Source: Candidatus Heimdallarchaeota archaeon | Lineage (GTDB): Archaea; Asgardarchaeota; Heimdallarchaeia; Heimdallarchaeales; Heimdallarchaeaceae | Length of the DNA stretch: 64,000 bases | Direction: 5' to 3' | Assembly (NCBI GenBank): GCA_016840095.1 | Contig: JAEOSZ010000031.1 | Span: forward strand, 64,001-128,000 | Translations under genes and position numbers: made by a program | Shown here: one piece after another, positions 18,600 to 27,760 of the stretch | Layout: each line of letters opens with the position of its first letter | Position numbering within the stretch: the stretch's first letter is position 1 | Notes under the pieces: model-generated | Databases searched by the model: none | What the model was told of the DNA's origin: nothing | What the model saw: only the letters and a program-made list of their open reading frames with translations

Positions 18600-20099
18600 G
18601 TGTTGAGAACTATGGTTTCTGTAAAGTATGATAAAGTGAGTATTGCTTATGATGATTTTATTGCTATAGATAATGTAACACTAAACATTCCTGATGGAGA
18701 AATAACCACATTGTTAGGACCATCAGGATGTGGAAAATCTACTCTTCTAAGAGCACTTGCAGGTTTTGTTGAACCTTTTGAAGGACAAATATTTCTAGGA
18801 GACAGAGAAGTAACTCATCTTCCTCCACAAAAAAGAAATACTGCAATGATTTTCCAGAATTACGCCCTCTGGCCTCATTTAACAATATTCAAAAATGTTG
18901 AATATGGACTCAAGTTAAGACTGAAACAGAAAATTGTCTATATCGCTGATATCTCGCAAAAGGAAGTTATTGAAGGACTTACCCATAACAAATACGGATC
19001 TTCAGATGAATTAGCTAAAAATGCAGAAGAATTTAAAGATTTCATGATCGGGAAAAACGTAAAGGATGTTTGGAGTTATACTCTAGAAGATGTACTTCCG
19101 GCTTTCAAAATTCCTAATAATAAGAATGCTAAATTTCTGCTAGGCGCACTGCAGAAAACTATCAGAGCTTACTATGAATTAGTCATTAAGGAACTTCCAG
19201 AATGGATTCCTCCAAGGAAAACCAGCTTTGAAAAAACAAAGATAAGAAAGAATCCTGTTCTCTATTTCTTCTGGTTAACAAAACCTTACTACTGGGTAAA
19301 TAGAAAAGTAAAATATATAGATGCTAAGGCAAGGATTGATCCTGCATTTAGTTTTAGAAAACAAAAAGTAGAAGAAGTTCTCGATATAGTTCATCTTGCT
19401 GATCAAGCAGAAAAGCATCCTACAGAACTCTCTGGAGGTCAACAACAACGTATTGCTTTGGCAAGAAGTATAGTAGTTGAACCTGATATCCTTCTGTGTG
19501 ATGAACCATTGAGTAATCTAGATGCTAAGCTTAGAAAAGAGTTGAGAACTGAAATTCGCTCTATCATTAAGAAGATTGGAATTACCTCAGTTTATGTAAC
19601 ACACGATCAAGCAGAAGCTCTTGCCATAAGTGATAGAATAGCAGTGATGAACATTGGATTTATTGAACAATATGGTACTCCCTTAGAGGTTTTCACAGAC
19701 CCGAGAACATTGTTTGTTGCACAGTTTATTGGAAGTTCAAGTACTATTTCAGGAAAAGTAGTCAAACCAAATGCTGTTGAACTTCCAGGAGGAGAGATAG
19801 TTAGTATAGCAACAAAGGAGAATCTTGCAGTAGATACTGAAGTTGATCTTGTTATCAGACCAGAAAATATTCTAGTCGCTGATAAGTCAGATTCTAGTGT
19901 TGAGATTGAGATAAATACAATAGAATATCTTGGAACCGAATTAAATATGACCGGTTTATTGAAAGATGGTTCAATACTTTTAGTAGATCTAGTTGAAGAA
20001 GCTGAGAAGTATGCTAAGATGGAAGTAGGAGAAAAAATCAACGTTAATTTAGTTCCTACAGAAATCTTCGTTTTTGTTGATAAAAAGAGAGTATACTAA
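18600..20099 (+). CDS. PotA/MalK-type ABC transporter ATP-binding protein with about 138-aa insertion
   Basis: GPSGCGKS, FQNYALWPH, LSGGQQQR, DEPLSNLD, YVTHDQ and a C-terminal TOBE region; long insert in the helical subdomain. Confidence 0.9.
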   Translation: MLRTMVSVKYDKVSIAYDDFIAIDNVTLNIPDGEITTLLGPSGCGKSTLLRALAGFVEPFEGQIFLGDREVTHLPPQKRNTAMIFQNYALWPHLTIFKNVEYGLKLRLKQKIVYIADISQKEVIEGLTHNKYGSSDELAKNAEEFKDFMIGKNVKDVWSYTLEDVLPAFKIPNNKNAKFLLGALQKTIRAYYELVIKELPEWIPPRKTSFEKTKIRKNPVLYFFWLTKPYYWVNRKVKYIDAKARIDPAFSFRKQKVEEVLDIVHLADQAEKHPTELSGGQQQRIALARSIVVEPDILLCDEPLSNLDAKLRKELRTEIRSIIKKIGITSVYVTHDQAEALAISDRIAVMNIGFIEQYGTPLEVFTDPRTLFVAQFIGSSSTISGKVVKPNAVELPGGEIVSIATKENLAVDTEVDLVIRPENILVADKSDSSVEIEINTIEYLGTELNMTGLLKDGSILLVDLVEEAEKYAKMEVGEKINVNLVPTEIFVFVDKKRVY

Positions 20100-20129
20100 T
20101 ACTCATTTTTCTTTTATTTTTGTAAAATC

Positions 20130-20137
20130 TTTATATA
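20130..20137 (+). promoter_or_regulatory. putative archaeal TATA box
   Basis: TTTATATA preceded by A-rich BRE-like GTAAAATC, about 29 nt before the ATG at 20166. Confidence 0.45.
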
Positions 20138-20165
20138 TGTCTAATTTACGTTTTAATCGATTACT

Positions 20166-20846
20166 ATGTTTGAATATGAAGGAATCAAAATTCATTGGTT
20201 AGGACACGATGCTTTTTTGATAGTAGCTAAAGGAAAACACATCTACCTTGATCCATATAAGTTAGGTAAATCTGGGTTGCCAAAAGCTGATATTATTATA
20301 AGTAGTCATGAACACTTTGACCATTGTAATCCTGAGGCAATCAATCTAGTTTCTTCAAATGATACTATGTTGATTGGACCATCGGTTGTTCAGGATATAT
20401 TTGAAGAGAAAATCGATTCAAAGAAAGGAATGAAAGTATTAAATCCAGGAGATTCTATAGACTTAGAAGGATTTAAAATCTCTGCAATTGCTGCTTATAA
20501 TATTCATAGATTCAGAGATCCTGAAACAAAAACACCATTCCATCCTAAAGAATCAGGACATATAGGTCCAATAGTAGATATTGATGGTGTCACAATATAT
20601 CATGCTGGTGATGCAGATAAAATTCCAGAGATGGATGGTCTGAATCCAACTATAGCTCTAATACCTATTTCTGGAACCTATGTGATGGATGTTGATGAAG
20701 CTGTTGAAGCTGCAAAAGCAATAAACGCTAAAATTACCATTCCAATGCATGTAGGTAGAGGAATAGGAAAATTAGAATTCATTGAAGAATTTAAAAACAA
20801 ACTTCCAGATTATGAAATAGTAACTATGGAATTAGAAGAAGATTAG
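20166..20846 (+). CDS. MBL-fold metallo-hydrolase (UlaG/UPF0173-like)
   Basis: WLGHDAF, DPY, SHEHFDH, YHAGD, IPMH. Confidence 0.9.
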   Translation: MFEYEGIKIHWLGHDAFLIVAKGKHIYLDPYKLGKSGLPKADIIISSHEHFDHCNPEAINLVSSNDTMLIGPSVVQDIFEEKIDSKKGMKVLNPGDSIDLEGFKISAIAAYNIHRFRDPETKTPFHPKESGHIGPIVDIDGVTIYHAGDADKIPEMDGLNPTIALIPISGTYVMDVDEAVEAAKAINAKITIPMHVGRGIGKLEFIEEFKNKLPDYEIVTMELEED

Positions 20847-20853
20847 AATATAT

Positions 20854-21984
20854 CTAATTCTTTTTCTCCTCTTTTTTCTCATATTCCCAAGGCAAAACTA
20901 GTGGAATAGTATTATCTACTATGAAAACTCCAATTTCTTGATTAGGATAACATCTAATATCATCCCACATCCCCAAAATTGTTCCATATCCTGGAGCGAG
21001 TATTGTTTCTTTAACTTTACCAAAAATATCTCTAACTTCAAAAATAGGTGTATCTTTTTCAACAACTTTACCTGCTTTGATAAGAGGAACAAAGAAACCA
21101 GAATGGGTGGTTCTTATTGTAACTTCTCTCCACATTTTCTCATCTAATACTGGGAAGCTAGTAACTTTTTCTATTTCTCCTTCAAGATTTCCAGCATGTT
21201 TTAATGCATTGAAAACTCCGATTTTTGCACTACTCACAATATCAGTCTCAACATATCCAGAAGCTCCTAACTCAACAGTGAAACCTGGTTTTCTATATTT
21301 ATTCACAAAGCTTCCTGTTGTTGATCTCTGAAGATTATTCTTAAAATAGTACTTTGGAGGTCCTTCTAAAACAAGCGTGAAACCAAAAGCTTCTACAAAT
21401 TCTTTTGTTTTATCAAAGAGCTTTTGCGATTCTTCTTTCTGACCTTCAATTTTTTCATCATAATATACTCTATCTAAGTAAGAGAAAGGCAAAGAACGTA
21501 TCGCATGACAATGCAGATCTATATAGAAATCTACTTTATCAAAAATTTCTGCAAATTTAGTGTAAAAGATTTCTTGAACATTTGGATAATTCTCAGAATC
21601 AAGATTTGCATCAAATGGATCTTCATATTTGAGTTCTGGTTTCTTCTTAGGTTTTGGATCTGGCCAAAGTCTATTTGGGTCTTTGCTAATATAGAGTGGT
21701 GTTCTGGTCATCACTAAAAGACCAGCTGGATTCAAAGAAGGGATTATTATAATAGTGCCTTTAACTTTGGATGGATTAATTTCTTGAATTAGTTCTTGAA
21801 GAGTAACTAAACCATGAAGCTCATCTCCATGGATATTTCCTGATAATAGGAATGTTGGACCTTCTTCAATACCCTCAATCAAGCAAATTGGTAATCTCTC
21901 TTTGGTTCCATGTGGGTATTCTAACATGTCAATATAACCAAATATTTTCTCGCCTTTTTTGCTCTGTATATCAAAAACTTGCAT
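20854..21984 (-). CDS. succinylglutamate desuccinylase/aspartoacylase family (M14-like) protein
   Basis: HGDE, NRLWP, IDLH, TVELG; C-terminal biotinyl/lipoyl-like domain. Confidence 0.9.
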   Translation of the reverse strand: MQVFDIQSKKGEKIFGYIDMLEYPHGTKERLPICLIEGIEEGPTFLLSGNIHGDELHGLVTLQELIQEINPSKVKGTIIIIPSLNPAGLLVMTRTPLYISKDPNRLWPDPKPKKKPELKYEDPFDANLDSENYPNVQEIFYTKFAEIFDKVDFYIDLHCHAIRSLPFSYLDRVYYDEKIEGQKEESQKLFDKTKEFVEAFGFTLVLEGPPKYYFKNNLQRSTTGSFVNKYRKPGFTVELGASGYVETDIVSSAKIGVFNALKHAGNLEGEIEKVTSFPVLDEKMWREVTIRTTHSGFFVPLIKAGKVVEKDTPIFEVRDIFGKVKETILAPGYGTILGMWDDIRCYPNQEIGVFIVDNTIPLVLPWEYEKKEEKKN

Positions 21985-22036
21985 AATAACTCAATTTCAA
22001 AGAAACGAATAACTATATAGATTTTTCTAAAAAAAT

Positions 22037-23335
22037 CTATTCAAATTCTTTCATTATTTGAAAAGTAATTACATCTTCAATCCAGGGGAGTTTTGCAATA
22101 GATTTCTCCACTAAGCTGAATGCTTTTCCAATACTTCTCATTTTAACATTGATTAGAAGGTCATAGGTTCCTGTGATGAAAGATACACTTTCAATTCCTT
22201 TCATCTTGGACAATTCTTCTACATCTATTGCAAATCCTTGCTTAGCTTTTGCTAAGAATATACTTTTGGTTTCAGATACTGCTAAAGCAATAACTCCAAT
22301 CAATATAAGAACTGATCCTGAAAGTTTTAGAACTATATCAAGAATTACATTTTCTCCTCCGAAACCAAAGATATCTGATAACCATATACTTGCTATTCCT
22401 ATTATCGGAAATGTTGTAACTACACTTACACTGTTCAAAGCTTTAACTATTGACATCTTACCCATTGTTAAAGCTCTGGAATAGAAGACTATAGATAAGA
22501 ATGCTAACAGCATAGATACAATAACTGGAAAGAGAGCTGCTTGCCAGGAATTACTGACTTCTATAAAACCACCTTTGGTGAGAGCTGGTATTGCTGCAAT
22601 TGTTTGACCAAAAGTAATAATCAACATTGTCCATATTCTAAGATTTATTGAATCATACAATTTACCATGTTTATCTTTTGTTGTTAGTGCTTTCTTTTGA
22701 AAGAAAATATAGAAAGCAGTAAAAATGGAAAAAGGTCCCATGATTAATAGCACATCAATAAGGAAATCTGTAAAAGAACCATCTCCCCCTACTCCTGAAA
22801 TTGAAGCAATTATCACTCCAAAGGCTATCATTGCAATTGATTGAATTTCTACAATCACTGGTTTTTCTCTTTCAGAGATTGCATCTCCGATTAGCAGATA
22901 AATAAGTACGAATTGACTAAAAGGCATTATAACAGATGAACCTTTTCTATTCATTAAATAAAAGTACAAAATTGTTGATCCTGTAGCAAACAAACCTGCA
23001 AAGAGTGTGTATATTGCTATTTTTCCTGTAGGAAGTCTTAGTTTTTGGAAATTTCCATCCAATTTATAACCTAAATTGAACTTCTTACCTAGTTTCGTCT
23101 CTCCTTTTCCTGGGATATGAAGTAACAGAACAAGTAGAAAAGTAACAATGAAACCAACAATCATCTCAAAAGCTCCGAAAATGAATGGGTCTGTAATTAG
23201 TTTGAAATTTACGTAATCATCTAATACAACATAGATACTAGTGATTATTCCACTTGCTAATGCTAGCATATAGAACGTACTTTTCCTTCGAAACCTACTT
23301 ACAGGTCTGTTTTCTGGAGTTGGCATATAATTCAC
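22037..23335 (-). CDS. EamA/DMT-family transporter fused to a C-terminal Lrp/AsnC (RAM) ligand-binding domain
   Basis: About 10 TM helices in two EamA-like halves; C-terminal KGIESVSFITGTYDLLINV...AKLPWIEDVIT. Confidence 0.8.
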   Translation of the reverse strand: MNYMPTPENRPVSRFRRKSTFYMLALASGIITSIYVVLDDYVNFKLITDPFIFGAFEMIVGFIVTFLLVLLLHIPGKGETKLGKKFNLGYKLDGNFQKLRLPTGKIAIYTLFAGLFATGSTILYFYLMNRKGSSVIMPFSQFVLIYLLIGDAISEREKPVIVEIQSIAMIAFGVIIASISGVGGDGSFTDFLIDVLLIMGPFSIFTAFYIFFQKKALTTKDKHGKLYDSINLRIWTMLIITFGQTIAAIPALTKGGFIEVSNSWQAALFPVIVSMLLAFLSIVFYSRALTMGKMSIVKALNSVSVVTTFPIIGIASIWLSDIFGFGGENVILDIVLKLSGSVLILIGVIALAVSETKSIFLAKAKQGFAIDVEELSKMKGIESVSFITGTYDLLINVKMRSIGKAFSLVEKSIAKLPWIEDVITFQIMKEFE

Positions 23336-23580
23336 TCTTTTAGTACTTCTTTTTCAATTACAGCTGTTTGAGTTTCTGTGATTCCCTCAATCATATGAAC
23401 TTGTTCTGTGGTTACAGTGAAAAGTTCTTCTAAATCCTCAACAATAATTTTTGTTACAATATCATATTCTCCTGTTACAACTGCAACATTTACGATATTA
23501 GGAATTTTTCTTAAAGCATTGATTACATCTTGTGTTTTTCCTAAATCTACTGTAAAGAAAATGTATGCTGATATGGTCAT
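23332..23580 (-). CDS. stand-alone Lrp/AsnC ligand-binding (RAM) domain protein
   Basis: AYIFFTV..G, VTGEYDIV, IEGITETQT; no HTH; 4-bp overlap with the transporter gene. Confidence 0.92.
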   Translation of the reverse strand: MTISAYIFFTVDLGKTQDVINALRKIPNIVNVAVVTGEYDIVTKIIVEDLEELFTVTTEQVHMIEGITETQTAVIEKEVLKE

Positions 23581-23712
23581 AAGCTTTCAAATTCTAAGGG
23601 GGAAATAAAATTTTCCACATAAGTGAAATCTACTCAGAAGAAATAGTTATCAATAAGCAAATTTTTTTTAAGGATAAGGACAGATACAACTTAACATCGT
23701 TGTGAATCAAAA

Positions 23713-24639
23713 ATGCGTTTTACTGGTCTAAATCCCGAAGATAAACTCATGGAAAAAATCCAACAATCTTACGATGAGGAAGATGAGGATATCGATGAGA
23801 TACTAGGTCAGAAGAGTTTCACAGAGTCTGATGTTAAAGAACTTCAGGAAAGAAATAGAATTCTTCTTGAAGCACTGAGGAAAGTTAAGCTTCTTGTTGA
23901 GCGACTCTTAGTTCAAAATAGAGATCTTAAGAAAAGAGTTGAAGGTTTAGAGATCGAATTCAAAGAACAGAACAAAAAAGGAGTAAAACTGGTTTCTGCA
24001 GCAAGATATAATGAGATGCAGAATAATGCAACAGAACTTGCAAGAAGTTTGCCCAAATTGATTAAACTAATTAAGCTTCTAAATCAAGAAAACAAACTTG
24101 TAAAAGACAAGTATGCTGCTCTTGAGAATGAATTCGAAGATTTAATTGATGAGAGAGATGATTTGAAAGATAAAATCATTCTGCTTAACGAAGCCAATCA
24201 AGAACAGGTTTTAACTGAATTAACCGAACTTTTCCCAACAGAAGCGCTTGCTGCGAAAGCTGCCAAAGCAATGACTGCGTCACAAAAACGGAAAGCAGTC
24301 ATTGAAAATGGAACTATTGGTCCAGAATCAAAAACTATAGCTGAAGCAACTAGTGAATCAGTTGTGAGTTTTGAAGACCAAGCTAAGACTGATCTTGAAT
24401 CAGTATCTGGTTTCAGTAATGAACAGATTTCCAAATTAGTAAACCTTGTAATGGAGATTAATGATAAGATTGAGAATCTAAGCGGAACCATGGTGGTTTC
24501 TGCTCCAGTAAGAAGGAGAGGAAAAGTTGATCTTGATTTGAGTGATGCTATAACAGAAGGGGAGATTGAAAAACCTGATGAACCTCCAGATAGACCTGAT
24601 TTGGAAGAAGTTCTTGATGATATCTTAATTTCAGGCTAA
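23713..24639 (+). CDS. coiled-coil protein of unknown function
   Basis: Heptad-rich residues about 40-170, low-complexity linker, acidic Pro-rich C-terminus. Confidence 0.75.
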   Translation: MRFTGLNPEDKLMEKIQQSYDEEDEDIDEILGQKSFTESDVKELQERNRILLEALRKVKLLVERLLVQNRDLKKRVEGLEIEFKEQNKKGVKLVSAARYNEMQNNATELARSLPKLIKLIKLLNQENKLVKDKYAALENEFEDLIDERDDLKDKIILLNEANQEQVLTELTELFPTEALAAKAAKAMTASQKRKAVIENGTIGPESKTIAEATSESVVSFEDQAKTDLESVSGFSNEQISKLVNLVMEINDKIENLSGTMVVSAPVRRRGKVDLDLSDAITEGEIEKPDEPPDRPDLEEVLDDILISG

Positions 24640-24665
24640 TTTATCAAGTATGTTTTGGTGTTTAA

Positions 24666-25112
24666 ATGTCTAACGAAGAGAGCTTTGAATATGAAATTTC
24701 TATGATTAGAAAGGACAAGTATAAATTTGAAATTGATTTTGGAAATGAAACAATTCCAAATCTTCTTACAGATGAATCAAAAGCAGTTCCTGGTGGAGAA
24801 GGTCTTGGACCAACACCTTCAATGCTTCTTGCAACTGCAGTAGGAAATTGCTTATCAGCATCCCTAACTTTCTGCATTACAAAAATGAAGCTAGAAGTAG
24901 TAAATTTGAAGACACTAGTTAAATTTACCCGAAAAAGAAATGAAGAAGGCTTCTGGAGAATCTCTCAAATTAGTGTTAATTTAGAACCTGAAGTTGAAGA
25001 TAAAGATTCTTCCCAATATCTCAAATGCATCGATATTTTCAAGAAATACTGCATAGTTAGTGGAAGTGTAGAAGAAGGTATACCGGTTAATGTAACTATT
25101 GACGGAAACTAG
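24666..25112 (+). CDS. OsmC/Ohr family protein (copy 1)
   Basis: DE...GGEGLGPTP..LL..AVGNC62 and KYC129IVSGSV. Confidence 0.92.
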   Translation: MSNEESFEYEISMIRKDKYKFEIDFGNETIPNLLTDESKAVPGGEGLGPTPSMLLATAVGNCLSASLTFCITKMKLEVVNLKTLVKFTRKRNEEGFWRISQISVNLEPEVEDKDSSQYLKCIDIFKKYCIVSGSVEEGIPVNVTIDGN

Positions 25113-25178
25113 AGCGAGTTTTTGCAATAAGACGATATACTTATATCAAGATCAAACATCCTTTTAGGAGAGATTAGA

Positions 25179-25625
25179 ATGAGTAAGAATGATATTTTTG
25201 AATATGAAATTAGTATGAGCAGAAAAGACAATTACAAGTTTGAAGTTGATTTTGGAAAAGATTCAATTCATCCTCTCATAGTAGATGAGCCAGAACAAAT
25301 TCCTGGTGGTGAAAATGCAGGACCTATGCCTTCAATGTTAGTTGCTACAGCTGTAGGACACTGTTTATCTGGTTCACTAATTTTATGTTTATCTAAAATG
25401 AAAACAGAAATTGCTAACATAAAGACAAAAGTTAAGGTTACTAGAACGTGTAATGATGAAGGAGTCTGGAGAATCTCGCAACTAACAATTAATATTGAAC
25501 CTGAAATTGAAAATAAGAACTCTATAGAATATCTAAAATGCTTAGACGCTTTCAAAAGCTATGCTGATACTGCTAATAGTGTAGAAGCTGGAATCCCATT
25601 AAAAATAACAGTTGATGGAAAATAG
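25179..25625 (+). CDS. OsmC/Ohr family protein (copy 2, second conserved Cys replaced by Ala)
   Basis: Same length and collinear with copy 1; GHC62 retained; SYA129DTANSV. Confidence 0.9.
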   Translation: MSKNDIFEYEISMSRKDNYKFEVDFGKDSIHPLIVDEPEQIPGGENAGPMPSMLVATAVGHCLSGSLILCLSKMKTEIANIKTKVKVTRTCNDEGVWRISQLTINIEPEIENKNSIEYLKCLDAFKSYADTANSVEAGIPLKITVDGK

Positions 25626-25822
25626 AGAGAGTTTCAGCTCCCCGTTTTTCTTGCATTACTCTCGTTCAATGTAGTGCATGAACATCATTAACTCTCAAAT
25701 GTATATTTTGGTAGCATCTAATATTATTTTTGTTCAATCAGTCGATTTTTCATATCTATAAATTTCTTGTTTAGGCAAAAACTTTATATTGAATCTTATA
25801 ATACGCAAATAATACGGGTAAG

Positions 25823-26848
25823 GTGAGAATAATTCCACCAAAAACAAGCGGTAATAGAGCTTCTAATGTTTATACTATAAATGTTCCTGCAAATTTCAAG
25901 GATGCGGTTCTAGAACAATCTAGACAATTTGGAGGAGCAAGTCAAATAATTACTTTGTCTCTTGATGATTTAGCATTAAGAGTAAGAAAGATGAAAAGCC
26001 GAATTAACATAATTGAAGAACTTAATGATTATATTAAATTGGAAATTCTTTTGATGAAAAGATACGAAGAAGAATCGAAAAAGAAACAAGATACTAAACT
26101 ATCATTTCGATTGAAGGATCAAGTAAGTGCTGAGAGCCTTATGTCTCTTAAGAAGAAGACAGGTTGGTCAACATCTAAGACAGTAAGAATCTCTCTACTT
26201 TGGTATCTTTACGCGAATTTTGATGAATTTGTTGCTTCAGAGAATTTTGTACCACTACTGAGATGTTCATTCTGTGGATTTGTGACGCATGATCAAAGAG
26301 CACTAGGAGTTCATGTTCAAACCCTACATGAAACAATATGTCCATACTGTGGAAAACATCATCCAATAACAGAAGAACATCACTGTAAACAGAAAGAGAC
26401 AGCAGCACTACAATTCGATGAGACTCCAGTTCGTCCTGATCAGACTACAATAGATCAATTTACTACAGGTCCTATAGGTGAAATGGATTTAGATGAATCA
26501 AAATTATTGCAGGAACTTGGTTTAAATGATTTAGGTTCATTGCAGCCTTCAGCTGACGAGTCTCGAGTGTCTGAGTTAACTTCTAAAGTTTCAGAACTAT
26601 CTGCTTTGCTTCCGGATAAAGAAGTCTTTGATGAATCAGAAGAACAATTAGAAACTATAAGTGACGAAATTTCAAGAGTTGGAGGAACACTTGTTGACCT
26701 CCCAGATGGAAGTACTTTGAGAGATCTAATTGATGAAAGAAGGAAGACACAGAAATCTAAGAAAGACAAAGATGAGAAAATTGACCAATTACAAGATGAA
26801 ATCTCCGAAATCCTTGAATCTTTGAAAGAAGACGGACTTTTAGAGTAA
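25823..26848 (+). CDS. putative DNA-binding protein: two RHH-like segments, C2H2 zinc finger, second Zn knuckle, acidic tail
   Basis: YTINVP...ASQIITLSL and LSFRL...STSKTVRISL; C148-x2-C-x12-H-x4-H; CPYC-x9-HxC; D/E-rich C-terminal half. Confidence 0.7.
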   Translation: MRIIPPKTSGNRASNVYTINVPANFKDAVLEQSRQFGGASQIITLSLDDLALRVRKMKSRINIIEELNDYIKLEILLMKRYEEESKKKQDTKLSFRLKDQVSAESLMSLKKKTGWSTSKTVRISLLWYLYANFDEFVASENFVPLLRCSFCGFVTHDQRALGVHVQTLHETICPYCGKHHPITEEHHCKQKETAALQFDETPVRPDQTTIDQFTTGPIGEMDLDESKLLQELGLNDLGSLQPSADESRVSELTSKVSELSALLPDKEVFDESEEQLETISDEISRVGGTLVDLPDGSTLRDLIDERRKTQKSKKDKDEKIDQLQDEISEILESLKEDGLLE

Positions 26849-26906
26849 TTGATACAATGACAAATATAAAATAAAAGTAACTCTATGTAAGTATGGAAGT
26901 GTCTCA

Positions 26907-27758
26907 TTGACAGGTAATCTAAAAATACTTCTTTGTGAGGATGATGATGATATTGCTTTTCTAATTAAAGTTAACATTTTGAAAGCATATCCTGATGCAG
27001 AAGTTGAGATTACTAAAACAAAAGAAGACACATTGAACCTTTTATCTGAGAAGAAATACGATATTGATGTTATTTTACTTGATTATTTATTGGTAAATAC
27101 AACAGGTTTAGAGATACTTGAAGAAATACGACAAGTAACAGAGATTCCTGTCGTTGTAATAACAGGACAAGGTTCAGAAGAAGTTGCTGTTAGTGCTATG
27201 AAACTTGGTGCTTCTGATTATATTGTAAAACGAGGGAGATTCTTTAATCAAATTCCAAATGTAATTGACAAAGTGACTAAAGTTGAATCAAAATATGATT
27301 TAGATAAAATCTTTGTTTCCTTCTTTAGATTTGGTGATTCTGGAACCGATCCAATTTATATAGAGAAAATTCCAAGCGAGTATGAAAATGTAAGAGAAAC
27401 AGTTATTCTAGCTTTAGGAGTTCTTTTATTTACAATTTTTGGAATGGGAGAACTAGATATGCTTGAAACTGGAACTATTTCTGGGCCAGTAAAAATACCA
27501 AAAATGAAACAGTATAATGCTACAAGTTTCCTCTATGTTGTGAGTGATAAGAACCAAAAAGATCCAAGATTCAGAGGTGTTGATTACTGCATTGTTGCCT
27601 TAGGTTATCCTGCTGAGTACTCTGATTTAGTTTATGGTATTGATAAGATTAAGAATATTCTTAACAAATTCTTTGAAGGAGTTAAAGACATTTCTGAAGT
27701 AGAAGAAAGCGCAAAAATAGTAGAAGAACAAATTTACAATGTTGTTCGCAGATTCTAA
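26907..27758 (+). CDS. response regulator receiver domain fused to a longin/uDENN-like C-terminal domain
   Basis: EDD, phosphoacceptor Asp in LLDYLL, TGQGSEEVAVSAMKLGASDYIVK; C-terminal FRFGDSGTDP...GPVKIP...DPRFRG. Confidence 0.8.
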   Translation: MTGNLKILLCEDDDDIAFLIKVNILKAYPDAEVEITKTKEDTLNLLSEKKYDIDVILLDYLLVNTTGLEILEEIRQVTEIPVVVITGQGSEEVAVSAMKLGASDYIVKRGRFFNQIPNVIDKVTKVESKYDLDKIFVSFFRFGDSGTDPIYIEKIPSEYENVRETVILALGVLLFTIFGMGELDMLETGTISGPVKIPKMKQYNATSFLYVVSDKNQKDPRFRGVDYCIVALGYPAEYSDLVYGIDKIKNILNKFFEGVKDISEVEESAKIVEEQIYNVVRRF

Positions 27759-27760
27759 TT

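Noticed and set aside
18921-19334. Intein as the explanation of the ABC ATPase insertion
   Set aside because: No N-terminal Cys/Ser block, no terminal His-Asn followed by Cys/Ser/Thr, and no LAGLIDADG motif.
25652-25678. Hairpin TGCATTAC-N11-GTAGTGCA after the OsmC pair as a SECIS element or ncRNA
   Set aside because: Only 8 bp with a G-U pair, no SECIS-like motif, and no in-frame TGA at a Cys position in the neighbouring genes.
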